A stretch of 64,000 bases of DNA from Camelus dromedarius. Its lineage: Eukaryota. Shown piece after piece: positions 26,801 to 41,009 of the stretch. A program made the translations under genes and the position numbers. The notes beneath the pieces are model-generated. The model was not told the DNA's origin and ran no database searches. It saw only the letters and a program-made list of their open reading frames with translations. The stretch spans positions 70,496,001 to 70,560,000 of the forward strand of contig NC_087436.1 of NCBI RefSeq assembly GCF_036321535.1, read 5' to 3'. Every line of letters starts with the position of its first letter. The first letter of the stretch is position 1.

Positions 26801-28859
26801 AGTGTGAAGGCAGATTGCCTAGATTGATTACAATCCTCTAAATAGACGTCTTGTCCTCAGAGGCTGGGTGGTAGTATTTCCAGGCAAGTTACCAGTACAG
26901 ACGACAGCAAGTTGCCAGTATACGTTATACAAAGCCATGCTACAACTCATTCTAGAAAAACAAAGTAACAGAAAGAAAGATCTAAGAGGAAGGAAAACAA
27001 ATGTTCAAAATAAAAAATTAAAACCAAATGAAAGGAAATACAAGTGTACATTTTTAGAAAACTTGATAAAAATAGTACTTTCTGCTTTTCAGACACCGGA
27101 AGTACAAAGGGTGGGAAAAGTGTAAGTTGTAGTCTGTGTGCACTCGGATAATGTTAGCCATTCTTCTTGAAGGAGCTATAGAGTTGTCCTGTGTTTTATA
27201 GGCTTTTGAGTGTCAATCAGTCTTTCATTTAATGGGATCATATTTCCGTTACGAGTGCCAACTGGCATTTGGCCTTCATGCCAATGCTCTTGATGGTGGT
27301 TGTCTCTGTATCTTCAATGTACAGCATAGCCTTTGTGTTTAAGTCAGAAGTTTGCTTTCACCAGACACAGCTTGTATTTTTTGTGCTAGTGCTTTTCTCC
27401 CCTTGAGAGAAAAGTCTCAATGATGCTATATTTATCCTGGGTTTCCTTTTGAAAGTTCAAAATAAAAATTTTGCTTTGGGTAGTTCTGGTTATAATCCAA
27501 TGATCAGTTTTAACACAGAGGAAATAAACAAAATGTTTAAATATTTTGTTTTGCTCTGAATCCTACTTTGAACTATGAGTTAAAACAAAGTATTTTGTAT
27601 TTACTAAATTTCACCAAGATTCTGTGTGAATAAATGACTTGAAGCATCTTTTTAAAAATTTCAAGTCAAGCTTTTATCATGACCTTATATCATCTATTAC
27701 TGATGGTGATGAAAGTTCCCAGCATCTAATATGTCTCCCCTACACTTTAAAATTATCTGTCTACCAAAGTGCATTTAGCATCTGTCCGTATCCATCTGAC
27801 CTTTAATACATACTGACTGCATATTAACATCTTTTGGTTCTGATAGTCTAGGGAACTGGGCCAGAAAGGAGCAATGTTCAGGATGATGTCTTGTTTGAAT
27901 TGATTCCATCTTGTGTGGTGCCCTGTTGAAAGCCATGAGTGGAAGATCTTGGATACATCAATTCAGGCCTATGTTTTCTAAGTGCTTTCTATCAGGGAAG
28001 GTTGGTGAAAGTGTCAGAGGCCCTGCTTTCTGATGAAGACAGTGAGTCCATGCAGCTCTGGATGGTTTGGCTTGAGAATAAGGAGCAAGGGTAGGGCTTC
28101 TCGTGAAGCTTTCAAGGGCATCTCAAGGGCATCACCACTTGAGATATCTTGTGTAGCTCAGTTACTTATTCAATTAAAAAAAAACTCCATGGAAATGCTA
28201 TGGAGAGCATTCTGTTTTTTTCCCCCTCACTTCATGCTATGAGTAAGAGAAAGTCAATTCTAATTCTTGTTTGTTTCTCCTTTGTATGACTGGCATCAAA
28301 ATACCTTTGTACCTTTGAGTCAAATGCAGGCAGATTTTTGACTTTTAGGGTGTCTGGTGGAATTACATTCTAGGTTCTTAAGCTTTAGGGACTTAAGCAG
28401 AGGCCTAGGCTGACCTTGAGAATGTGCTTTCTTATGCCTTTGAGAACAGCACTGAGCAAAGCAGCTGGAGGATCCAAGATTCCAACACAGACAGGAATAA
28501 GTAATTAGATTAGATAAGAAATTAAATTCTTTTCCTTCCAACAGGTGGACAAACTGAGGAGGAAAATATGAGGAAGGAGATAAACCTCATTTGAAGAGAG
28601 AAAGAGTTTATAATGGAATATTTTTAAACTTCTTATTGAAGGAAATTACATCTTTTTGGACTGTTGGTTGAAACATGCGTTGGATGTGTAGTGTTTCTTC
28701 TAGTTATAGAATTTGGGTATAGGATTATGACATTGGCCAGCCATGACAACTGTGTTACTAATGAACAACTAGTTAGTGGACACCTGCTGGCACTGTTGTG
28801 TCCTGTGTAGAGTACCAAAATGTTCTGAATGTTCTCATATACCAACTAAAAATGTTACT

Positions 28860-29890
28860 GTAAATGAGAGAGGTTCCCTGCTTCCAATAGTTTTATAATC
28901 CAGCAGGGATAAGGACAATGTGTGCAGACAACACAAGTTGCGAGTCCTTGCCAAGTAACATACCAGTAAGTGAAAAAAACAGTGTAAATAAAATATCTAA
29001 GTATTGCGTGATTAAGGGAGTGGTGCTTGAGATATGCTGCTAACGGAGGAAGGAGATGAATTTTGAACTGAATGAAAGAGAAACATAAATTGGCAAATAA
29101 AAGTGAGGATGGCATTTTGAGTGGGGAGGATGGTAAATGTGAGGACACAGGTATGGAAATGACAGTAACGTGCTGGTTCCTAAGCACACTGGCTTGGTCC
29201 GGATAAAACTTCCACAGCCATGGATAATTTATGACGAATTTGACTATTGATTTGATGTGATAGCTGTAGGAACATGCCACAAGTACTTGAACACATGTGA
29301 TGAGCCCCAAATGAGAGATACAGCAGGATAAATATCTCCGGAGGATTGGAGTGGTAGAGCTAGAGGTGGTGGTAAGCGGCTGTTTTGTAATCACAGGTTA
29401 TTAGGGTTTAGTGGGAGGGTGTTGGGAAAGTCTGCTGGGTTGGGGAAAAAATGAGCTCAGTTTTTGAGATGTTACGTTTCAGGTGTCAGGGGTGTAGCCT
29501 GAGATGACGAGTCAGGAACTGGAGATGGGATCACAATTGGAAAGCCTTAATCATTGATTTTTGAGGCACCTGTCCGAGGTGACAGTTCAGTAATGCACGT
29601 GGTGTATGTTTCACAGTGGTGGATACTGAAGGAGAAATGCAGAAAGCCAGTTCCAGACCTTTGGAGGTGTTGCCAGCCAAGAGGGTGGAGGCAGACAAAA
29701 AGGAAAGTCAGCAAATGAGACAAAGGGGTAGCAGAAGAACACAGAGAACATCCAGGGAAACCATGCGAGGAGAGAATTTCAACGGTGCTAAATGAAGCAT
29801 AGAGGCCACAGGGACTGAAACTTGAGAAAGGCCTATCGGATTTGTTAAGGGAAAGGTCTTTGGAGTCTTAGAAAAATGTGTTTCCAGTAA
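28860..29890 (-). mobile_element. Degenerate L2 fragment(s)
   Basis: 'gagaggttccctgcttccaatagttttataatccag', 'aatgagctcagtttttgagatgttacgtttcaggtg', 'gggactgaaacttgagaaaggcctatcggatttg'. Confidence 0.6.
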
Positions 29891-32800
29891 AGTTTCAGTG
29901 CAAAAGTGCATCAGGGATTTTCTAGGTACTCTGCATGACAAGAGGATTAATGTTTAATAAATAAATCCCTCTGTAATTGCTTTAGCACATATGACTGGGT
30001 ATCTGGGTCTTCAATATTTCAAGGGAAATCATGAGGTCAGTTCAGGAAGAGGCTGAGGTTAGAGTTCTCATGTTATGCAAACCAACCAGGGGAGCTGGTG
30101 TGTCTGTGAGAGAGCTGCTCTCCACGCTGAACTGTTGGGCTTACTTGGATTCACAAAATCCTTGGGCAAATGGAGAGGCCAGTTTGAAAGCCTCCTCCTG
30201 GCTATTATTATTTGATGTCTCCTAATGGATGAGCTTTGAAGTGTTTGTCAAAAATGTTGAGTTGTGGGAAACAATAAGAATCTGATTAAAGTTTATGAAA
30301 CTAATTGACATTAATTTACATGGATTTGGGGGCACCAAAGAAGTTCTGGTCAACACTGGATCAGCACTCTAAATTTAGTGCCTTCTTATTAAATGTGATG
30401 TTAAAAGAACCTGGCCATTTTTAAAGAAACATCGGTCTAGTTGAATAAATGTTGGCGACAGATTAGATTCAGTGAAGAGCTCATTTAAAAGGCAGCAGAC
30501 ACTTTTTCATGACTCAAAGAAAGAAATTTGTAGAAAGAAAACAAACTTTTTGATTTATCTCCTGTTCAACTAGTTAGTGGTAGTGTCATTAGTTATAAAA
30601 CCTGAAGCTATAGCTACAATATAATCTAACATAGGTGCAAGTAGATGAAAATGTTGTGCTTTTCTGGTGAGTTAAATATACGATTTTGAATTTATAATCA
30701 TATCACAAGAAACTAGTTGAGAAGAGGTGGAGGTAAAGATGGAATTAACTTTTTTTTTTTTTTTTTTTGCCTTTAGCTCATTTTTCTTTATGTTCAGGTA
30801 GTAGTTGCCGAGAACTAACCAGGTGCTAAATACAGTTTTGCTATGATAGCGTGTTTCTTCTTGATTTCCCCAAAGCTGTTGTCCATATAGGATGTATGTT
30901 GAATTGAGCCAATAGTTTTCAGAAGGTCTAGAAACTTTCTAAATTTACTTGTTTGAACTCTACCTTGTTGCCAAAAACCAGGTGATGTATAGTTATTACT
31001 TAAATGAAAAGAATACAGAATAAATTATAAATAAGTGGGAAAATGAAAGGGAAAAAAAGATAGCAACTTAAGTGGGCTCAAGAAAGAACAAATGTAAATC
31101 ATGGAGTAGTCATGGTCATGTGGTATATGTGGGCCTAACTTTTGGTTTTAAATTTCTACTAGTCAAAGCAACTGTGACACTTGATTGCTTACTCCACTTA
31201 CAGAGACCATGAATTAAAAACAAATATCTTGCTTAGAAGAAGCACAGGTACCACCAACACACACCCAGAAAGAGACAGAGGACTTTGTATAATGAGACGA
31301 ATGACACCCTTAACCACGTCTTGACTAGAAACCAGTCAAGTTCCCCAAGTTCTACTGAGCTGGCTCCGTGAGTCCATAGATGGCTGGTGTCCCATGAGAA
31401 GGTCCTTTGGCAAAGTCAATTCAGTGGTGGGTCTTCTGGGTCAGTTAGATACTTTTAGTACTTATGTTTGGGGTAACTATTTTTCTTTCCATTGCATGTG
31501 TTTGGAGCTTTCAGGGTATCCGTGTACAATCCAGGACATACCCCCGTCACTCTTAAGGTCTGAGCACTCATATTGAAAGCGCTCACTGTATGAGCTGTCC
31601 TCTTACTGTGAGCCAGCAGGAGAGAGGAGCTTTCATAACATCCGTGAAGGCTGAGGTCATGGTTTCCCAGTTGGTTTCTGGAGTACACGATGAAGAAATT
31701 CCAAGGAAAAAGTTAGGGTCTCCAGGTCTCCAGTGGCTGTAAAGGAGAACTAAATTTCCTGACAAAAATTTCCAGAGATAGTTTTCATGTTCCTTCCAAA
31801 ATTAGGAGTATACTAGTCACTACAGAAAATTCTTTCCAGAGAAAGGTGGAACATTCAGAAAAATAAACTAAGTAAAATAGCAGTACGATTTCTTTGAGTT
31901 TAAGGGAGAAGTGAATTCTCCAGTTAGGAAAGGTTTCCTCGGTGAAGCTGTCTAGTCCTGCAGTGGACTCGAGTCCCCTGACGGGTGTGACATGTGTCTT
32001 CCCTCTAGAGCAGCCTGTTCATCACGTTTCCCTTGGCACGTGATTCAGGTTCTTGGGGACCTTGGTAGACTCATCACATTAGATCCTGGGCTGATGTAAG
32101 TTCATGTTTGGATGTTTTTAAATTGGGTTGGGACCTGGCTAAGGGAAGAATGTATGTCTACAACTGGCCCTGAAAGAGATTAAACAAGTTTGAAATGTTT
32201 GGTTTTTAATGGCAGGGGAGTTGGTACTAATATTTCTTTTGCAGTGAACTAGCGAGTGTGCCTGTTAGGAGAGCATTCCTGAACACGTGATGAATCAGAG
32301 ACTGACTAGCTGTAGTTTAAGGAAGACATCTGGAAACTGCTTGTGAGGGAGAGTTTGACATTAATTATAGAAGATGAAACATGCCAACGATTTAAGGACA
32401 AAAAACAGAGATTGCCCCTTACCAGACTGATTGCTGTCTGTTGTATGTTCTCTTTTAAACATTAGGATTGCTGTCTTAAAAGTAGTTGGGTTTTCTTTAG
32501 CCAATGATATGTAAAGAACAAATGGTACCCACAGTTGTTACAAAGATTATATTTATAGCTATGTTGAATTTAAAACATGAAATGTCACTTGTCAAAAAGG
32601 TAGTTTAGTTTTCTCCTTTGTAAAGGAAATTTAATCTTGTTCCAGAAAACAGATTCTTTACAACTTACTGCTTTTATGAGACTATTTATTTATCTTTCTA
32701 CAATGTTGACCACTTAGGTGTGCTAAAGTTGTGAAGTATGCTCATTCAGACCTTAAGTTTCTAGGTGCGGATGACCGAGGGCAGCAATTTCAATGACTGA

Positions 32801-32904
32801 AGAGGGGAATAGAGCTCATTTCTGTAGGGAGTGATGATTGGAAACAAAGGAATAAAGTTTGGGAACATCATGATTATAAGTATAGATTTAGGTGTTATTT
32901 TACT

Positions 32905-33400
32905 TCAAAATATATTTTTTATTACAGAAGTAATAATATGTGAATATGTATTGAAGTAAATAAAATTAATATTGATAGGCAAAAAGAACAATGTAACAAT
33001 CACTTAGGATCTATAGATGGCCATAGATGTTTTAGGTGTATCCTCCGAAGTTTGTACATTAAACATAGGCTTTTTTTGACAAAAATGGTGTTGTACTGTA
33101 AATACATACTATTTTTCATAACCTGCTCTTTTCTCAGTGTCTCACAAACATCTTCCTAGGTCACTGTATAGTTTTTAGCTAACCCAGTATCATTTTAAGC
33201 CTGTTGTACAGATGCCCCAGAGTTTATTTAACCATTCCCCCCGTTTCCAGATTCATTTCAGTTACCATAAGTAGTGCTTTAACAAACATCCCTGTGGTTA
33301 AATCCTTGAGCACATCCATGGTTAGGTCTTCAGAATAAATTCCAAAATGTGGAATTGCTGGGTGAAGGCGTAAGCAGAACCGGAAGCTTCTGCCACGAAG
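32905..33400 (-). mobile_element. Ancient L1ME-like 3' fragment
   Basis: 'gtttatttaaccattcccc...ttaccataagtagtgctttaacaaacatccctgtggttaaatccttgagcac...gaataaattccaaaatgtggaattgctgggtgaagg'. Confidence 0.7.
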
Positions 33401-34625
33401 CGTCACACCGCAGTGTGATCAATGCTGTACCAGAGGGCATACAGAGGTGGCATTCTCTTTAGAGGTAGGAGCTGAGGCTTTGCCACCACAGTGTAGTTTG
33501 GAATGATTGACAGTTCGGCTTAGCACCTGGGACCTCCTTCTGGGAGCTGGAGCATTCTTCAGCTCCTACTCTGTGGCGTCTGGTAGTATTTTAGGCTGAA
33601 TCCTTCCTGAGCCAGACTTCTGCTCCTTACAATTTAAAATGACATTCTTGGAACAGTCATGGACTGTGCAAAGGGATAAGCCCCTTTTCTCCTCCCTAAA
33701 CTTGCCTTTTTTTGAATTTCTCCTCCTTCAGAGCCATCCACTGACATTCTTACCCTGCTGCGAATTCAAGTCATTTTCCATCCGAGTCTAGCAGACAGCA
33801 GCTAGGGACTGTTACTCTGCTTCTGAGCTTGGAGATGGAGAGGGACTCTCTCTTGATCCTAGGGGACAGTTAGACCTTGAGGCTGCAAACCCTAGTTATT
33901 AACGCAGCACCTCTGGACTGGCTTTTACCTCTAGTTGGGAATACACACATCCTTTTCAATACCCACAGAAGGGATTTTCAGTCTTTACCTTGATTTTCCT
34001 GAGAGAGGAGGCAATCACAGAACACAGAACCGAATCCCTTTTCAGCATTGATTGGAGAAGAAAATATTTGTCGTCCCTCTGGCCTTTTCACCTTGAGAGA
34101 GCCTTCATTATTGGAGTGTGTTCATCCATGGTACCGGCTGCCCTCTCCTCCGTCTCTGAAGCACTGTACCATTCAGCGCTTGTTTCTAGGGCTTAACTTG
34201 TCCTGCCTTGAATCAAATCTTTTAAATTTGTTTTGTTTTTTAATTTTCTTTCTTTATCTAATTCAAATAAAATTTTAATGTATTTTTATAGTTTAAACAA
34301 AATGGAATCAAAAGTAATATAATACAGAATAAATAATGGAGCAGAAAATCAAAGCCTCTCTTCATCCCTTTGCTTGAGCCCTTTCCAGGGTTATCTTTCT
34401 ACTCCTCTCTCTTTGGATTTGTATGCCTTTAAATGCACATGTAGAAAGATATTAACTTGTGTTTTGCAAGAGATATGATTAGAAATTGACCTAGCTCATG
34501 TGTAATGATGAATGAACCATGAGCCTAAAAATCCAATTTGTACTTTTTAGTAGCACGCAGCATTTCTGTGTTATGAGAAGTGTCTGGCTAAATGGCAAAA
34601 CTTTAGGCTCCTTGGGGTTATTTTT

Positions 34626-34879
34626 TGAGGTTTTTTTTTTCCCTTTCTTCTTCTTCTTCTCCTTCTCCTTCTCCTTCTTCTTCTCCTTCTCCTTCTCCTT
34701 CCCCTTCCCCTTCTTCTTTCTTCTTTCTTCTTTCTTCTTTCCTCTTTCCTCTTTCTTCTTTCTTCTTTCCTCTTTCTTCTTTCTTCTTTCTTCTTCTTTT
34801 TAATGGAGATACTGGATTGAACCCAGGACCTTGTATATGCTAAGCATGTGCTCTACCACTGAGTTATTTTCCTTCCCTT
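34626..34879 (-). mobile_element. Vic-1-like tRNA SINE with expanded purine-rich tail, flanked by a 15-bp TSD
   Basis: Body at 34802-34879 'aatggagatactggattgaacccaggaccttgtatatgctaagcatgtgctctaccactgagtta'. TSD CTTGGGGTTATTTTT (34611-34625) versus CTTGGGTTTATTTTT (34880-34894). Confidence 0.85.
34631..34801. repeat. 171-nt pure polypyrimidine compound microsatellite (TTC/TCC/TTTC units)
   Basis: No purine between 34631 and 34801. Confidence 0.97.
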
Positions 34880-35929
34880 CTTGGGTTTATTTTTATTCAG
34901 AGTTGGATGTATTGTCTGGGGGCTATAAGTTACTTTTAGATACACTGGACTAAATCATAATGTTTTAAACATCAAAAAAGGATGTGGGAAAACTGAAGTA
35001 TGATTTGATTATTTCTACTTATTATCTGTATTGTCTCCTTAATATTGTCCTAGTTTAAAAAGAGTGTGTTTCTTCTGTGTGTTTGGCATATCTTGGAGTT
35101 GGTGATTTCAAATAATTCTCCACTTATTACACATACTTAAAGATCTGCTTTCTCAGGTTGAAAGGGAGAAGTATTCTGTCTTTACAGATACGTCATTTCC
35201 ACAGATATATCAGTTTGTCATATTGGCTGAGTGATAGGAAATAAAGGACAGAAAATAAGAAATTATTCTCCATTGGATATCACTTTGTTCTCTCAAATTA
35301 TCTGGATTTTAAAGTATTATTGGAAAAAAAATACCCCCTAATCTTTTATTAAAGATGAAAGACAAGCTCTTACAAACTATAGGTTGTTCACAGGACTGAG
35401 AAATATTGGAAATATGTCTTGGCTCAACTAGCTGGCCACCCTTGAGAGCCAGTAATACCAAGTGGCTCAGCTTAGTTGCACTCGGTGGCAAGAGACGTTC
35501 TGAGGTTTCCCATGTGTCGGGAGGGGGCCCAAGACAAAGAGGTCCTTGTAAAACTCAGCTAGAGACTTGGCCGTGGGACAGAGTCCTTGAAGAATCTGCA
35601 TTAACTGTGCCCTGCCCAGAGGCACGCCACTGCAGCCCCTGTACTGTAAACCGTCAGCATCCTGGAAAGGATCTGTGGCTCCAGGTAGACACTCGGCGCT
35701 GCTTTAGCTCGTGGACCTCATTATCATCCCTGAATCCTGGAGCTGCCCCTGTAGCATCACATGCCTTCTCTGCAAAATCATATCGCATGTTCATCGTTAA
35801 AACCTTGCTTACTCTTTGTCTTCTCACGTGTGGTTGTTTCCGTAGATCATTACTTAGCCTCACGTCTGACTATCAAGTTTGCTGCATAGATATATACAGT
35901 TTTAAATTCACCAATGCAATAGTTTCTGA

Positions 35930-36145
35930 TGCCACAGTGGAAAGAGAGCTCAGTACCATAGTATTTGAAATCAGAAGACCTGGGTTCAGCTTCTGCTTCT
36001 GTCACTTAATAGCCCTGTGACCTGCTGAGGCTCGGTTTCCATCTCCTCTCCCCATCTTGGGACTTGGGAGCCTCAAATGAGGTAAAATATTTAGAAGCCT
36101 TCTGGGGACTGTAAACTGCCACACAATTGTTAATTATTGTTACTA
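35930..36145 (+). mobile_element. MIR SINE
   Basis: 'gaaatcagaagacctgggttcagcttctgcttctgtcacttaatagccctgtgacct...ctcggtttcc'. Confidence 0.7.
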
Positions 36146-39100
36146 TTTAAATTTACTCTCTCCAGTGTAATCCAACATTAGTAATGAGTGCCTCATGAGC
36201 CACCTTAGTCCCAGAGGAGACATACATTTGATATACCCTACTCTGGTGGTCATGGACGGGCTGCTGGTGAGGCACGAACGTCACAGGTGTGCTGTTTTCC
36301 TCCTGCGGCTCTGCAGGCAGCCTTGGGTGGAGAGAGGAGGCAGAGAACAGAGGTCAATAAAGGCTTAGTTTCCACAAAGGTTGGTGAAGGACTGTGTTTT
36401 GAAGGATTAAGTTCAACCTTTCAGGTTAATAGTGCTTTATACTTTGATCGTTAAGAGTAGCATTTATCAACTTTCATAACAATGATTTTGTGAGTCACCA
36501 AATGCCCAAATATTGTCAGATGTGTATGACGCTTTTCAGGGAAATTACCTAGCTGTTTCCGTGAAAGTGAGGGTCCTTCGGTTACGCAGTAAATAAACAG
36601 CGTAGGAAGGACGGTTCAGAACTTCTGAAGGTGAGTTTCACATCCTGGAAAATGTGTCTCCTCAGTTGGACGCTGGGGCCATCTTCAGGTTAGAAGGTGT
36701 CAGCAGGAAACGGTTCCGGTTTAGAGATAAGTCGGTTCTGTGTTTGTAGAAAGGCTTCTGTTTCTCAGATGGGACTTGATTTTCTTCCGTCTAGCCTCAT
36801 GGATAAGTGGCCAGTTTCATTTTATTTTTTAGCGTCATCTTCAGTTTATTTGCTTGTTCTTTCCATGAGAAACTTCTCTGCTAAGAGGTTCTCTGGGGTT
36901 CAACATCAGTGAAATCTTAGCAAATTTTTATTTATTAGTCTAGCTATTATGTTTATTCTTATAACATCTTTTTTTTTTTTTTTTTTGTAACAGGACATCT
37001 CACACATCTAGATGTGTGTAATGTGGACATGATTTATAATTCCAAAGAAAAGTTTTGTTCTGGGTTTGAGCGAGCTGTTGAATTAACCAAGTTAGGATAT
37101 TCATTTTTGCTATCCGTGAGGCCATGAGGCGGAAGGATATGTGACTTCAGCCAACTGGCCGCCTACCAGCCTCCCTGTTGTCTTGGCCATAGGAAATAGG
37201 GCATTTGGAGACAGGTGCTGAGGAAATGAATAACACCATGATAAGTCTGACACATTCCCAGTTTTGTTTTCTATATTTGGTGTTTGATGCTTTTGTTGTA
37301 TTGCAAAAAATGGTATAGTTCAGTAAGATGCCATGTTATTTCAGTTTTAAGGTAAGAGTGATTTTTGTAGACATGGGGAAGAGGCATGTATTTGAGTTTA
37401 GAGCTGCGTATTTAGTATTGGGGGTTTGGAAATAATGGTCATGTTTTTTTCAGTCTTGGCAAAGGAAATATTTAAAAACTTCAGAAACAACCCAGTTATT
37501 TTTAAAGTGTGTTGTAGTGGCAGAAAGAGAAACATGCTGAAAGGAATACCTAAAAAAACTTGCTGAACATGCATGTTTCCCTTAATGTCTCGGAACTTGT
37601 CTTCTTGTTTATAAAATGATATTTCTATATAATTTCTAAGATCCTTTCCAGATCTCAAATTCTGTGATTTTTCTCTGTGACCACAGTGATTGTTTGATTC
37701 ATTCCACCGAGTGTGAGGGTAAGAGATATTCCTTATCAATGAAAATTACCCTTGAAGATGTAAGGCAGCAAACTTTGTTGCAAAGGGAACGTGTGGACGC
37801 GGGCCAGCGGGTCTTGACCCTCACTCGTTGCCTGTAGCTCACTCTCCTTGATGTGTCCTGCCTGCACTGCTGACTCTTGGCTCTTTGTTTCTCCACCTCC
37901 AGATCTGCTGAGATACTGGAAGGTAGTTCAATGCATAGTTTTCGTCATCCTGCTCCGAGGTAGGACACGTGTATTTCAGTGGTGACCTTCAGTAGTAGCC
38001 TTCATTGTATGACTCGTAGGAAGCACTAAGATTGGGACTTTGTAACCTTATGGGAAAGGAGGATGGTGCCATGTTAGGATAAATGGGGTATTTTGGAGAT
38101 GGAAAAACACCACATATTTTATACAAGCATAGACTTTGGTAAATGGATTTTAGATAGATTGTTATTCAGACTCCCATCATGTTTCCTTCAACTTTTTCAC
38201 TTCTTGTGGTAATCATTTTTCTGGGATCTACAATTACATTTTATGATAAATGAGGTTTTCCATCCGCCAAAAAGAAAAGTCTAAAAATCAGGCTATGCCC
38301 GTCTTTTTCTCTCTCTAAAGTGCTTTCCATCAGATCTCATTTCCCTCGGTTTTAATCTCTGCTGTGAATGTGGTAGTGATCTCCAGTGGTGCATCTCATG
38401 AACTTAAAGCACATTATGGATATAAATCTGAGGGTTTAGCAGAAGAAGGGAGGGAGAGAGAAATGTTAAGATGGGATGCGGGGCAGTCGATAAGTTATTC
38501 ATGTAATGCTTCTTTGGGAGTAAAGAAGAGCAGATTGGTTGTTTATAGTAAGATTTAGCCCAAATGGCACTGGCACAGTTGTCAGTTTCATCTCGCAGCA
38601 ATGCAACACGCCTATTAGTGTTTTTCACATTCTCTGTCGTGCTGTCAGAATGGCTGCAGACGACTTTGTTGCTCAGACTTAAAGGCATTTTTTGGTCTCC
38701 TGATGTCTTTCCCATGGATCATCGCTTGAAACAACAACTCTTCTGGTAGACATGGATGAAAAGTATCTATTATGACCCTTCCCATTTTACTTGTTGATTT
38801 TTTTTTATTAGGAATCACAATTTCTATTCCTCTTAGCAGAAAAAATAGAACAGGAGGCCCTAGGCTAGCATTGTAATCCAGGATCAGAATCACAAGACTG
38901 TGGATTCGAAGCCTGCCTGCACTTTCTCAACAGAGTTGCAGCTGTAACAGCCCAGATAGGTGTTTTATCTCCTTTTCTTTCCTTCCCTCCCTCTTCTTCT
39001 TCTGTTTCCCCTTCTTGTCCATCCCCTGTTCCTCTCTCCCTACTCCCTTCCTCTCTCCTTCCCTTCCTTGCTGTGTTTAAGTACTTGCAGGAAGAGGGGC

Positions 39101-39149
39101 GCCAGCACTTTGCTTTGCGGCATCTCATGAGCTCCGGCTTCTTTTCCAT

Positions 39150-39345
39150 CAGTGTCTGTCGGGTGCCTGTTGCATTCTTGGCTCTGTGCTGGGTCCATTC
39201 CTATGCGTTGTCTCATTTAACCCCCACAGCAGTCCTGTGAGAAAGCGTTTCATTCTTGTTCCACTGGAGAGAAGACTTTGGCCTGATGCACGGCGCTGGT
39301 ATGTGGCAGAGCCTGCATCTGAAGTTAGGTCTTCTGAATCCTTCC
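39150..39345 (-). mobile_element. MIR SINE
   Basis: 'tctcatttaacccccacagcagtcctgtgag...ggtatgtggcagagcctgcatctgaagttaggtcttctga'. Confidence 0.7.
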
Positions 39346-39680
39346 TTTACTGGGCAGAAAGTTTGTGCTTCAGTCTGGAAGTGTTTTTAGGGAAAGGCCC
39401 ACACCTCAGTGTGGGAGCGAGGCAGCTGCGATTAAGCAAGCGCAGTGCGCAGGGCCCAGATTGCCTGATTCCAGAGCCACCCGGGTCACGGTTCTTGCCT
39501 TTGTGTTTTAGAGTCCATACCTACTAACCGGGATAGTGGAAAGGTGTTGTAGAAGAATGTTAACCTATAGAGGTCCCTATCAGCTGTAGCATCTTCCTTT
39601 CACGTCTGCTTTTAATTTTGTGGAACTCTTGGAACTCCATCAGTTGGGAGAGAACTTGCAACCTAGGTGTCTTTACAAAA

Positions 39681-39880
39681 TTTTTTTTCCCCAGTTTTCC
39701 TGAGATGTAACTGTCATACAACACTGTAAGTTTGAGGTCCAGCATAATGACTTGACATACATATATACTGTGAAATGATCACCACAGGAACTTCAGTTAA
39801 TATCCATTACTTCATAGAGTTGCAAAAAATTTGTTCTTGTGATTAGAATTTTTAGAATCTGTTCTCTTAGCCACTTTCAA
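39681..39880 (-). mobile_element. L1MA9-like 3' end fragment
   Basis: 'ccccagttttcctgagatgtaactgtcatacaacactgtaagtttgaggtccagcataatgacttga...tgtgaaatgatcaccaca...tctcttagccactttcaa'. Confidence 0.75.
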
Positions 39881-40119
39881 CCAACATAGTTGTTTTTATG
39901 GCATAGCATTTAACAGAAGTTTTATTACCTAAATTGATTGTTAACAAATTTGCTGAATTGCTGAAGAGAGTCTGATTATTCAGTGGGCTTATCAATACAT
40001 ATTTATTGAATACCTTCTATGTGACTGCCAACGTGCACTTATTTTCTCATTAAATCCTTCTGTCATTGCTGTAAATGTCAATCATTCACCTCCCAGATGA
40101 TAAAATATGAGGCTCATGA

Positions 40120-40462
40120 ATTCTTAGAAATAGAGAGTAAGATGGTGGGTATCAGGAGCTGAGATGTTGGTCAAAGGGTACAGACTTCCAGTTTTGAAAT
40201 GAGTAAGTTCCAGAGATATGGTGTAGTGACTGTAGTTAACAATACAGTATTATATACTTGGAAGTTGCCAAAAGAGCAGACCTTAAGCCACACACACACA
40301 CACACACACAATTATGGGAGGGGATGGAAATGTTAACAAACCTTGTGATAATCATCATCATAATAACCACTGTAATATATACTTGTGTCAAATCTTCATG
40401 TTTTACACCTTGAACTTATGCAATGTTATATGTCAATTGTATCTCTGTAAATTTGGAAAGAA
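40120..40462 (+). mobile_element. L1MA9-like 3' end (with a (CA)n run near 40289-40311) inserted into a reverse MIR (about 39990-40530)
   Basis: 'gatgttggtcaaagggtacagacttccagtt...gtgactgtagttaacaatacagtattatatacttggaagttgcc...tacaccttgaacttatgcaatgttatatgtcaattgtatctc'. The MIR core 'cagatgataaaatatgaggctca' resumes as 'aaatggggctcagaaaagttaatctccccaaggtcaca'. Confidence 0.8.
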
Positions 40463-41009
40463 ATGGGGCTCAGAAAAGTTAATCTCCCCAAGGTCACATA
40501 ACTAGTAGATGGTGGAGCTGGGATTTCGATCTTTGAGAGCACAGAAAGAGGACAGTGGTTACTAGTGTGGGATTTGGAATTAAAGTCCCAGCTGTGTCTC
40601 TCACTAACTGTGTAACCTTGTGGGCAAATGATTTGACTTCTCTAAACCTTCATTTTTAGAACGAGTGATTTCAGAGGGCTCTTCTGCAAATTAAACTGCA
40701 GGTATGCAAGCCTTTAGCGTGGTCTGACACGGTAAGGGAGGCGTGCCCTGGCCCCTGCCTTCAAGGGTTTACTGTGTTAAATGAGAGTTGAAGCATAAAG
40801 GTGAAATGTGAACCAATTTTATATTGTTTCATGATGTATGATAAAGTGTTAAATCATGCAGTTGTAGCAAAAGAGAAGACTAGCAGGGGGCATGTTGCCT
40901 ATATGAGACAGAATGTTGGACTAGGGCCGAATATACAAACTCTACTAGCATCCTGTGACTCTTAGAGCAGGTTATTACACTTCTGTGTCCCCCTTTCTCT
41001 GTTTCCTTT

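Noticed and set aside
28855..29394. 179-aa minus-strand ORF
   Set aside because: It overlaps decayed L2 sequence, has no similarity I can recognise, and has a non-ATG start.
34519..34843. Phe/Ser-rich and SPSPS ORFs
   Set aside because: They are translations of the pyrimidine microsatellite and SINE.
35406..36020. Longest ORF in the track (204 aa)
   Set aside because: Non-ATG start, no recognisable domain, and the C-terminus is read from a MIR. Consistent with chance.
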